Part shown: positions 29,444 to 37,545 of the stretch, piece after piece
Layout of the letters: every line of letters begins with the position of its first letter
Position numbering within the stretch: position 1 is the first letter of the stretch
Assembly (NCBI GenBank): GCA_965218295.1
Contig: CBDCKN010000015.1
Location: 192,001-256,000, forward strand
Length of the DNA: 64,000 nt
Direction of reading: 5' to 3'
Source of the DNA: Longimicrobiales bacterium
GTDB lineage: Bacteria > Gemmatimonadota > Gemmatimonadetes > Longimicrobiales > Gaopeijiaceae
The notes under the pieces: model-generated
The model's input: the letters and a program-made list of their open reading frames with translations, nothing else
Databases searched by the model: none
Told to the model about the DNA's origin: nothing
Position numbers and translations under genes: made by a program

Positions 29444-30084
29444 GTGTTGGAATCCAAGGCAGACCGCAAGCCGCAGCTCAACCGGCGCCAGGCTTTCCAG
29501 GCCGCGGCGTTCGACCTCGATGCCACGTTCGTGGCGGGCAGGCGGAGCTCCGGCGACGAGGTCCACCTCGAGCACGGTCCATGGAAGGTGATCCTCGACA
29601 CCTACGTCCAAAGCACCGGCCAAACGTCGGTCACGTATACGCGGGCGTGAGTCCTCTACCTAGCGAAGGAGGACTTCACGCTCCGCATCTCCCGGAGGAA
29701 CGTCTTACCCGAATCGCCGAGCTCTTCGGCTTCTACGGGCTCCTGGTCGGTGATCAGGAGCTCGAGGGCAAGTACACCATCAAGAGCTCGAGCGACGCCC
29801 GGGGAAGGTCCCTCATGATGGACCGACGGCTCCGGGAGCTGATCATGGTCCAGCCGTCGCTCGGGCTGGAGATCCGGCGGCTCTCGTGGGGGATGCGGAG
29901 GAAGAGGGGGGACAGCGTCCGGGCGGTGGCGGTCCAGACCACCGACGTGGTCACGGAGCCGGATCGCCTCGCGAACTACGTGCTCCTCGTGGCCAACACC
30001 CTCGACCAGCTCGTCCGCATCGGCGCGGCGTACGAGGAGCCCGTGGTCGAGGGTCGCACCTACGCTCTCCCCCGACGCGTGTAG
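29444..30084 (+). pseudogene. Hypothetical gene with an in-frame TGA (29648) and a frameshift (about 29706)
   Basis: Coding-like frame reads TYTRA*VLYLAKEDFTLRISRRNV, then continues TRIAELFGF in another frame. Confidence 0.6.
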
Positions 30085-30207
30085 TGTGGTGTCCCAGAAA
30101 GTGTCTCGGCCATTGATCTCGCTGTGCTCGATCGTCTCGCGGTCAACTCAGCGCTCACGACGAGCATGAAGGTCGCTCGGCTCGAGCACCTCTGGGACAC
30201 CACACTA
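30082..30207. mobile_element. MITE-like family B, 126 bp, at a TAG stop codon
   Basis: Perfect 17-bp inverted repeat TAGTGTGGTGTCCCAGA / TCTGGGACACCACACTA; no ORF inside. Confidence 0.8.
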
Positions 30208-30278
30208 GCCCAGGCGTCCGAGAGGGAACCTTGGCGGGTATGCTCCCGTGAAGGCATCACATCAGCCGGGAGGTCCGC

Positions 30279-30668
30279 GTGAAGGACGTGGCGAAGGGAG
30301 TGGGACTGGCGCTCGTGACGAGTGCCGGCCTGATGATGATCCCCGAGGGACTTGTGCTCCCTCTGGTGGCGATCTTCATGGGTGTGGCAGGCGGAGTCTA
30401 CGTGGGATTCGCCCTGAAGGACCCTGAAGCGAAGGAGGCACCCCTCCAGTGGGCGGGTGCGATCGTGTTCGCCGTGGCAGCCGCGCTGGGCCTGTGGGCG
30501 TCGCCCTGGTGGCTCGTCGCCGGGTGGGCGGCCCACGCCATCTGGGACGCCCTCCATCACGTTCAAACGCTGAAGACCCAGACGTCCCCCGGCTACCCCG
30601 GCCTCTGTGCCGCCTACGACCTGGCCCTGGTCGCTTTCCTGGCCTACTGGATCGGAGCCGGATCATGA
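30279..30668 (+). CDS. Small membrane protein (DUF6010-like)
   Basis: GVYVGFAL, GWAAHAIWDALHH, YPGLCAAYD. Confidence 0.7.
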   Translation: MKDVAKGVGLALVTSAGLMMIPEGLVLPLVAIFMGVAGGVYVGFALKDPEAKEAPLQWAGAIVFAVAAALGLWASPWWLVAGWAAHAIWDALHHVQTLKTQTSPGYPGLCAAYDLALVAFLAYWIGAGS

Positions 30669-30729
30669 CGCCTTCCGCCAACCGTACGCGGCAGACCGCC
30701 GATCGAGACCCGCAATCGAGGACGTGACC

Positions 30730-31254
30730 ATGACTGACCCGAGGTATCCCATCGGACCCTTCCAGCCAGGGGGGAAGCTCACCCCGGAGGAGAGGGCCAC
30801 CCTGCTTCAGCAGATCGAGGAAGCGCCGGCACGGCTCCACGAGGCCGTGGCGGGCCTGGACGACGCCCAGTTGGACACGCCCTACCGGGAGGGCGGCTGG
30901 ACCGTCCGTCAGGTGGCCCACCACGTGGTCGACAGCCACATCAACGCCTACATGCGACTCCGCTGGGCCCTCACGGAGGACGCACCCACCGTCAAGGCGT
31001 ACGAGGAGAAGGACTGGGCCCAGCTTCCCGACGCGTCGTCTGCCCCTATTACGATGTCCCTGAATCTCCTGGACGCGCTACACGTGCGCTGGCTCACCCT
31101 CTGGCGTCTGATGAAGGAAGAGGACTTCGCGCGGACCTGGAAGGGGCCGGACTTCGACCACTTGCCCTTGGACGACCTTGTCAGGCTCTACGCCTGGCAC
31201 GGGCGGCACCACACGGCGCACATCACCTCGCTCAGGGAGAGGATGGGGTGGTAG
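30730..31254 (+). CDS. bstA: YfiT/BstA-like bacillithiol S-transferase (DinB superfamily)
   Basis: RYPIG.F, LDTPYREGGWTVRQVAHHVVDSHINAY.R, YAWHGRHHTAHI. Confidence 0.88.
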   Translation: MTDPRYPIGPFQPGGKLTPEERATLLQQIEEAPARLHEAVAGLDDAQLDTPYREGGWTVRQVAHHVVDSHINAYMRLRWALTEDAPTVKAYEEKDWAQLPDASSAPITMSLNLLDALHVRWLTLWRLMKEEDFARTWKGPDFDHLPLDDLVRLYAWHGRHHTAHITSLRERMGW

Positions 31255-31277
31255 GGGGGGTTAGTGATTCAGACAGC

Positions 31278-32000
31278 TTAGCTCACCGGGACGGGCTCTC
31301 CGAGGGAGACGCCGTCGAGGGTGACTCGGCAACGCCGGCCTAGCACTCGGACACCAGCCTTCCTGGCCTGAGCCAAAGCATCCGCGAAGCGGGGATCGAT
31401 CTCGCGAGCCGCCGAGATGGACCGGGCATCGGCTCGCTGGAGAACGAAGAGGACCGCCGCTTCCCAACCTTCCTTCCCCGCGAGATCGCGCAACTCCCTT
31501 ACGTGCCGAGCTCCTCTCTCAGTCACCGCGTCGGGAAAGAGGGCAACACCTTCCTCCACCAGAGTGACGCTCTTCACCTCCAGAACAAGCTGTCTCCCGT
31601 CCTCCCGTGACAGCAGAAAATCGAAACGAGATCTGCCGATGGTCACCTCGGACCGATCAAGCTTCCACCCACCGAGCTCCGGTATTGCGTCGACGGACAG
31701 CGCCCGGCCGATGAGTCGATTGGGGAGCGTAGTGTCCAGAGAGATCAGTCCATGACCCTCGGGAGCCTGGACCAGAACGGCCGACCACCTCGTCCTCCTC
31801 GCCGCGGACGCTGCACTCTGGAGCCAGATCGATCTCCCGGGAACCAGAAGCTCTAGCAGACGCCCCGGATCTGGAAGGTGGGCTTCGTACGGCCCGCCGC
31901 CTTCCACAGGCTCCGCCAAGACCAAGAAACGATTGGGACGCTCGACGAAGCGGGCTTCTAGGAGAGGGCCTTTGATAGGCTCGAATGGCTCAGCTCGCAT
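31278..32000 (-). CDS. sfsA: DNA/RNA nuclease SfsA
   Basis: RPNRF, HLPDPGRL.ELL, SRFDF, EVKSVTL, FPDAVTERGARHV. Confidence 0.93.
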   Translation of the reverse strand: MRAEPFEPIKGPLLEARFVERPNRFLVLAEPVEGGGPYEAHLPDPGRLLELLVPGRSIWLQSAASAARRTRWSAVLVQAPEGHGLISLDTTLPNRLIGRALSVDAIPELGGWKLDRSEVTIGRSRFDFLLSREDGRQLVLEVKSVTLVEEGVALFPDAVTERGARHVRELRDLAGKEGWEAAVLFVLQRADARSISAAREIDPRFADALAQARKAGVRVLGRRCRVTLDGVSLGEPVPVS

Positions 32001-32066
32001 TCACCTACACTAGGCTAGCCTCGCACCAGAGGGACGACTCAACCTCTCCAAAAGGACCCAGAGACC

Positions 32067-32780
32067 ATGGCGAGACCCCGCGGCATTGCTGTGACCGTCC
32101 TTGCTTTCTCCCTCTTTCTCGGCTTTCTCGGCGCATGCGCGACCAACCGGTCCATCCCCCAAGCGACTGAGCTTCCCGCGGTAACCAAGGCGGGCGTTCA
32201 GCCGGGTGACCAGCTCGTCATCGCCTTCTACACGGCGGCCGGGGCCGAGCTCCAGCAGGTCTCGGGAGAACGAACCATCGACGACAATGGTGAGATATTC
32301 CTGCCGTTCCTGGGGACCGTGAGCGTCCTCGGCATCGACGCCCAAGCCATCCGCGAGCTCCTCGAGGAGCGCTACGGAGTTCTGTACTCCGATCCCGTCG
32401 TCGAGGTAGTAGCCAACATCCACGTCAATATCACGGGCTCTGTCTCCAGAGCCGGCCAGTACTTCGTTCCCCCAACCGCAACACTCGTCGACGCTTTGGC
32501 GCTTGCGGGAGGAGCCGGCTCGGAGGTCGACGTCGGCCTGCAAGGAGGAGCGTCCGATCCAGGCCGCGTGCGGCTCGTCCGTGACGGCGTGGCGACGGTC
32601 ATCGACATGCGGCCTCTGGATGTCCGTCCGGAGGTCCTGTCGCTTCGTGTCCAGTCCGGAGATTGGCTCCACGTTCCCAGGGCCATCCGCTCGCAGCTTC
32701 GGGACGACGTTACGTTCTACGGCACGGTTCTGACTACGCTCCTCACATTCGCCTCTCTCATTGTCCTGATCGCGCGTTAG
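32067..32780 (+). CDS. Polysaccharide export (Wza-like Poly_export/SLBB) lipoprotein
   Basis: LGAC lipobox, [31 protein letters not shown]. Confidence 0.8.
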   Translation: MARPRGIAVTVLAFSLFLGFLGACATNRSIPQATELPAVTKAGVQPGDQLVIAFYTAAGAELQQVSGERTIDDNGEIFLPFLGTVSVLGIDAQAIRELLEERYGVLYSDPVVEVVANIHVNITGSVSRAGQYFVPPTATLVDALALAGGAGSEVDVGLQGGASDPGRVRLVRDGVATVIDMRPLDVRPEVLSLRVQSGDWLHVPRAIRSQLRDDVTFYGTVLTTLLTFASLIVLIAR

Positions 32781-32794
32781 CCGGACCCACCCCC

Positions 32795-33439
32795 ATGCAC
32801 CATGGTACGCAGGAGGGTTGGATCGAGGTGGTCGCGGGGGTGATGTTTTCGGGCAAGTCCGAAGAGCTCCTCCGGCGCGTGCGCCGGGCCCTCATCGCCA
32901 AGAAGTCTGTTCAGGTGTTCAAGTCGCATCTCGACGACCGTTACGGCGGGGTCTTCCAGATCAGCTCCCACGACGGGCAGCAAGTCGACGCCGTCCCCGT
33001 CTCGAGCTCAGTGCAGGTCGCCGAGCACGTCAAGCCGAGCGTCCAGGTCGTGGCTGTGGACGAGGCTCAGTTCCTGGACGACGGCATCATCGGCGTCGTG
33101 AACGACCTTGCGGACCGGGGCGTCCGCGTGATCGTGGCGGGCACGGACATGGACTTCAGGGGCGAGCCGTTCGGTCCCATGCCCCAGCTCCTGGCAATCG
33201 CCGAGCTGGTGGACAAGCTCCACGCCATCTGCGTCGTGTGCGGCGACCTGGCGACCCGGAACCAGCGGCTGATCGACGGGAGGCCGGCCCCTGCGGAGGG
33301 ACCCACCATCCAGGTGGGCGGCTCGGAAAGCTATGAGGCACGGTGCCGCAAGTGTCACGAGGTGCCGCAGGTGGATCGCGGCCAGACCATGATGGCCATG
33401 GGCGACCTCGGCCCCGACGAGGCGGCGCGCGCCCAGTAG
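32795..33439 (+). CDS. tdk: Thymidine kinase
   Basis: [32 protein letters not shown]...YEARCRKC. Confidence 0.96.
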   Translation: MHHGTQEGWIEVVAGVMFSGKSEELLRRVRRALIAKKSVQVFKSHLDDRYGGVFQISSHDGQQVDAVPVSSSVQVAEHVKPSVQVVAVDEAQFLDDGIIGVVNDLADRGVRVIVAGTDMDFRGEPFGPMPQLLAIAELVDKLHAICVVCGDLATRNQRLIDGRPAPAEGPTIQVGGSESYEARCRKCHEVPQVDRGQTMMAMGDLGPDEAARAQ

Positions 33440-33510
33440 CCTCTACGATCCTTGACACTCCTCCCACGGCACTAGAGTTTTTCTCACTCTGCCGACACCC
33501 GGCAAGTCAA

Positions 33511-33583
33511 TCCCGCGTAGCTCAGTTGGTAGAGCAGGCGGCTGTTAACCGCCTTGTCGCTGGTTCGAGTCCAGCCGCGGGAG
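33511..33583 (+). tRNA. tRNA-Asn(GTT)
   Basis: TCCCGCG/CGCGGGA acceptor stem, D arm AGCTCAGTTGGTAGAGC, anticodon loop CTGTTAA, GGTTCGAGTCC T arm; CCA not encoded. Confidence 0.97.
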
Positions 33584-33669
33584 CTCACGCATCACCCTCG
33601 AGGCTCCCGAGGCCCGACCCGAACGTTCGCGGCGCGCTGAGATTGTTCGCCTGGCATGAGTCCAATCAC

Positions 33670-33720
33670 GTAGTGTTCCGTTGCCGAAGTTCGCGAGACA
33701 CTTTGACAACGGGACACTAG
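33670..33720 (+). mobile_element. MITE-like family A, internally deleted 51-bp copy
   Basis: GTAGTGTTCCGTTGCCGAAGTTCGCGAG...CAACGGGACACTAG; both ends retained. Confidence 0.8.
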
Positions 33721-33888
33721 GGCAGATCGGCCTCAACCGGACCGAGCTCGGCTACCAGGCGCTCCAGTTCCGGCTGTACGACCACATGGACAAGTCGGCC
33801 GGGGCCTGAAATGTGTTCTTGGGGTCCAACGGGGCGAGATGTAGATTAGCTGCCACCAGCCTGGAGTTGCCTCGGACGGAGGGCTTAC

Positions 33889-35238
33889 ATGGGTGACAAG
33901 CCTGAGACCACGCGCCAGGGCGGGATGTTTACCGACGAGACCGGCAAGCAGCTCCCCCTCGCCATGCAGTACGACTATACCAACTTCTACTTCGGGTCAG
34001 GGGACGACGCCTTCGCCATGCTCGACCCGTTCGACGAGTGGTATAAGGACTCGAAGCCGGCGGGTTACTACCTGTACGGCCTTCCCATGCAGGGCGCGCC
34101 CACCACGCGCGTGGACATCCGCAACACCAAGACGGGTGAGATCCACGAAGGGCTCCTGAACTTTGCCTCGTACAACTACCTCGGTCTCTCCTATCGCTCC
34201 GAGGTCAAGGAGGCCGTGATCGAGGCGGCCTTCCTCTACGGCAACGGTGCGTCGGGCTCACCGATCCTGAGCGGATCGCTCGAGATCCACCACGAGCTGG
34301 CGGACCGACTGGCGGCGTTCAAGGGCAAGGAGGCGGTGCTCCTCTTCCCCACGGGCTACAGCGTGAACGTCGGGGTCATCGCCGGGCTCATGCGCTCGGG
34401 AGATCTCATCGTTGCGGACCAGTACGCCCACGCCAGCCTCGTGGACGGCATGATCCTGTCCAAGGCCACGAGCCGTTTCTTCCGCCACAACAAGGTCGAG
34501 GACCTCGAGCGGAAGCTGAAGCGCTACGATGGCAAGAAGCTGGTCCTCATCGAGGGCGTCTACTCCATGGACGGCGACGTGGCCGTCGTCCCCGAGATCG
34601 TCGAGGTGTGCCAGCGCTACGGCGCCCGCATCCTCATCGACGAGGCCCACTCGACCTTCATCTACGGTGACAACGGCCGCGGCGTGGCCGAGCACTTCGG
34701 CTACGACGACGAGATCGACATCCACGTGGGAACGTTCTCGAAGAGCCTCGGCGGACAGGGCGGCTTCGTGGCCGGCTCCCAGAAGCTGATCAACTACCTG
34801 CGCGGGTTCTCGAGATCGCGATTCTTCTCCTGCGGGCTGTCACCCGTGGTGGCCGCCGGCATCCTCAAGGCGTTGGATCTCTTCGAGGCCGAGCCGGAGC
34901 TCCGGACCAAGCTCTGGGAGAACGTGGACTTCATGCAGAAGCGCCTCCGAGACGCCGGCGTCTCGGTGGGGGACTCCGAGTGTCAGGTGATCCCCATCAT
35001 GATACAGGACGACGCCCGCGTGTTCGAGATCGGCGAGGCGCTCATGCAGAAAGGCATCTACATCAATCCAGTCAAGTATCCGGCGGTCCCCAAGCACAAG
35101 TCCCGCTTCCGCATGTCCATCTCAGCGTCGCACTCCCGGGAGGAGCTGGAGGAAGGAGCCCGGATCATAACCAGCGTCTTGCAAAGGTACGGCTCATGCC
35201 CGATAACAGAGGACACTATTACTTCAACAACGGGCTGA
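33889..35238 (+). CDS. PLP-dependent alpha-oxoamine synthase, serine-palmitoyltransferase-like
   Basis: SYNYLGL, FPTGYSVN, HASLVDG, EGVYSMDGD, DEAH, GTFSKSLG. Confidence 0.85.
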   Translation: MGDKPETTRQGGMFTDETGKQLPLAMQYDYTNFYFGSGDDAFAMLDPFDEWYKDSKPAGYYLYGLPMQGAPTTRVDIRNTKTGEIHEGLLNFASYNYLGLSYRSEVKEAVIEAAFLYGNGASGSPILSGSLEIHHELADRLAAFKGKEAVLLFPTGYSVNVGVIAGLMRSGDLIVADQYAHASLVDGMILSKATSRFFRHNKVEDLERKLKRYDGKKLVLIEGVYSMDGDVAVVPEIVEVCQRYGARILIDEAHSTFIYGDNGRGVAEHFGYDDEIDIHVGTFSKSLGGQGGFVAGSQKLINYLRGFSRSRFFSCGLSPVVAAGILKALDLFEAEPELRTKLWENVDFMQKRLRDAGVSVGDSECQVIPIMIQDDARVFEIGEALMQKGIYINPVKYPAVPKHKSRFRMSISASHSREELEEGARIITSVLQRYGSCPITEDTITSTTG

Positions 35239-35867
35239 GCTGCCTCTTCGAGATGCCGACCTTGGATGCGAAGCGGCTTCTTCCCTCGCACCTGCAACCT
35301 CTCGAAGTCCAGCACCAGCGGAGCGTCCTCTCGGTCACCGCGTTCGACTTCTTCGAAGGAGACGGTGGGGTGTACCAGGAGCTGGTGCTCTCCATTTTGG
35401 TGCCGCCGCTCGTGAAGCCGGGCGACTCGCTTCCCAAGGCCGCCCTCTATCCGTTCATCGTGGCCACCAGCACCGAATACGGGCGCAAGGAGGGCATCGA
35501 ACGTTGGAGGCTGCCGCACCTCATGCTTGACATCGACATGGAGTTCACCGAGGGCGAGGGTGAGATTTCGGTGGCGGTGAGCGCCGCCGGCGATCCCATC
35601 TGCGAGATGTCGGGCACCAGCCACGAGTTCGAGCCGGCCGAGCTTCTTTTCCATTCCTTCATGTCGGACGACACCGGCAACTTCAAGTCGAATCTGACTA
35701 TGCGGGGCGAGGGGTATAGCGAGCACGAGTTCGAGCGTGGATCGCTCACCCTCCACGAGCACGAGATGACGGCGGGGCTCACCATCGACGAGATCGCCGA
35801 CTATCCGTTTCGGGAGCAGTGGATGAAGAGCGGCGTGGAGATCTTCACGCCCCTGGAGAACGTCTGA
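35196..35867 (+). CDS. Acetoacetate-decarboxylase-fold protein
   Basis: RLLPSHLQP, G.YQEL.LSI, EGIERWRLPH (for GRE.WG.PK). Confidence 0.65.
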   Translation: MPDNRGHYYFNNGLSCLFEMPTLDAKRLLPSHLQPLEVQHQRSVLSVTAFDFFEGDGGVYQELVLSILVPPLVKPGDSLPKAALYPFIVATSTEYGRKEGIERWRLPHLMLDIDMEFTEGEGEISVAVSAAGDPICEMSGTSHEFEPAELLFHSFMSDDTGNFKSNLTMRGEGYSEHEFERGSLTLHEHEMTAGLTIDEIADYPFREQWMKSGVEIFTPLENV

Positions 35868-35905
35868 CCTCCATAGACATCGAGCCCCGGCCACAACAAC
35901 CGGCC

Positions 35906-36871
35906 ATGTCGTCCGACCAAAGCTCCAAGCGTGCCTTTGTGATCTTCAACCCGGCCTCGGGCCGGGGCAGAAGCGCGCGCTGCATGGATCGGCTGCTCGA
36001 CCTTCTCGGAAAGCACCTGCCGGGGTTCGAGCACGCCGTCACGGAGCAGCCCGGCGAGGAGAGCCTGCTGGCCGATCAGGCCCTCGCCGGCGGCCGCTTC
36101 GACCTCATCGTCGCCGTGGGCGGCGACGGCACCTGGAGCAACGTGGCGGACCGGGTGGTGGCATGTGACATGGAGGACGTGGCCTTCGGCCTCTTGGCCG
36201 CGGGCACCGGAAACGACTTCGGGCGCAACTTCGGACTTTCCGAACGGAATCCCGACGACGCCGTCCGGGCCCTCGCCGAGGGGAAGGTCATGACCGTGGA
36301 CGTGGGTCGCGTGGTCACGCTGGGCACTCCCGTAGGGGCTCCAGCCGACGTTCTGGGCCCGGGCGAGGGGCGTCACTTCCTGAACCTCATCGGGTTCGGG
36401 TTCGACGTTGCCGTAATCGAGGACGCCGCCGACGCCCGATTCCTCCGGGGGGCCGTCCTCTACAAGGTGACCGCCCTGAAGAACCTGTTCTCCTTCCCGG
36501 GCGTGGACCTGGAGCTCACGAGCGACGAGCCCACGGTCGACGGCAAGCAGCTCATGCTCACCATCTCCAACGGACCGTTCTTCGGGGGCGGGTTCCCCAT
36601 CGCACCGGCGGCGGAGCTCACCGATGGCCTGCTGGACGCTTGCGCCATCGGCAACGCCCCTCCGCTCACCCTCATGCGGCTGTTCCACATGGCCGAAAAG
36701 GGCAACCACGTTCTCTCCCCGTTCGTACACACACGCCGAAGCCGACGCTTCACCGTGAGCTTCGACGAGCCCCCAAAGTACGAGGTGGACGGCGAGGTCT
36801 GGCAGGCCCACGAGCCCGACGTGGAGGTGGAGGTGGTGCCCCGGGCCCTCAGGGTCGTGGTCCCCGCCTGA
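35906..36871 (+). CDS. Diacylglycerol/lipid kinase family (YegS/BmrU/sphingosine-kinase-like)
   Basis: NPASGRG, GGDGT, GTGNDF, NGPFFGGG, DGLLD, VDGE. Confidence 0.92.
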   Translation: MSSDQSSKRAFVIFNPASGRGRSARCMDRLLDLLGKHLPGFEHAVTEQPGEESLLADQALAGGRFDLIVAVGGDGTWSNVADRVVACDMEDVAFGLLAAGTGNDFGRNFGLSERNPDDAVRALAEGKVMTVDVGRVVTLGTPVGAPADVLGPGEGRHFLNLIGFGFDVAVIEDAADARFLRGAVLYKVTALKNLFSFPGVDLELTSDEPTVDGKQLMLTISNGPFFGGGFPIAPAAELTDGLLDACAIGNAPPLTLMRLFHMAEKGNHVLSPFVHTRRSRRFTVSFDEPPKYEVDGEVWQAHEPDVEVEVVPRALRVVVPA

Positions 36872-36897
36872 GACTCAGGCCGCGAAGGCCCAGGCTC

Positions 36898-37545
36898 CTA
36901 TCCCGACGTCTTCTTGAGGCGTCCGGCCACCAGCGTCCAGCTCTGGTCGGCCAGCAGCTCCGCATCAGCCTCGTCGTGGCTCACCAGGACCAGCGGAGTG
37001 CCATGTCTTTGGGCGTAGTGGCGCACCGCCGTGGCGATCTCCAGGCGTAGAGGCCGGTCAAGCGCGGAGAACGGCTCGTCCAGGAGCAGTAGCCTGGGAT
37101 TCGAGAGCAGAGCCCTGCCCAGAGCCACCCTCTGGCGCTCACCCCCCGACAGGAACCGCGGCCGCCTTTCCAGGAGCTCGGAGAGGGAGAGAAGCTCGGA
37201 GACTTTAGCGACGTCGGACGGGTCCGGTCCCGTGTAGGCCAGATTCTCCCGCACCGAGAGGTGGGGGAAGAGGAGGGCCTCCTGGGGCACCCAGCCGACC
37301 CGTCGTTCCCAAGCCGGGACGGACACTCCGGCTCCCGTGTCGAGCCAGACGTCTCCGTTGACCCGCACCGTCCCCTGAGCCGCGGGCTCCAGCCCGGCGA
37401 GGACACGCAGGAGGGAGCTCTTCCCCGAGCCGGACGGTCCAACGATTGCGACCGAGGCGCTGCTCGGGCCCCAGTCCACGTCGAGCTCGAAGGCGTCCAG
37501 CGGGAGGCGGATCCGCGCGTGCAGGGGTCCGGCCTCAGCGCCCAT
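36898..37545 (-). CDS. modC: Molybdate ABC transporter ATP-binding subunit
   Basis: GPSGSGKS, LFPHLSVRENL, LSGGERQR, LLDEPFSALD; downstream of modAB. Confidence 0.85.
   Translation of the reverse strand: MGAEAGPLHARIRLPLDAFELDVDWGPSSASVAIVGPSGSGKSSLLRVLAGLEPAAQGTVRVNGDVWLDTGAGVSVPAWERRVGWVPQEALLFPHLSVRENLAYTGPDPSDVAKVSELLSLSELLERRPRFLSGGERQRVALGRALLSNPRLLLLDEPFSALDRPLRLEIATAVRHYAQRHGTPLVLVSHDEADAELLADQSWTLVAGRLKKTSG

Noticed and set aside
29648..29650. In-frame TGA as possible selenocysteine
   Set aside because: No redox motif or evident SECIS; a CGA-to-TGA change is simpler, and a frameshift follows
33452..33478. TTGACA...TAGAGT promoter for tRNA-Asn
   Set aside because: The spacer is only 15 bp; plausible but not called
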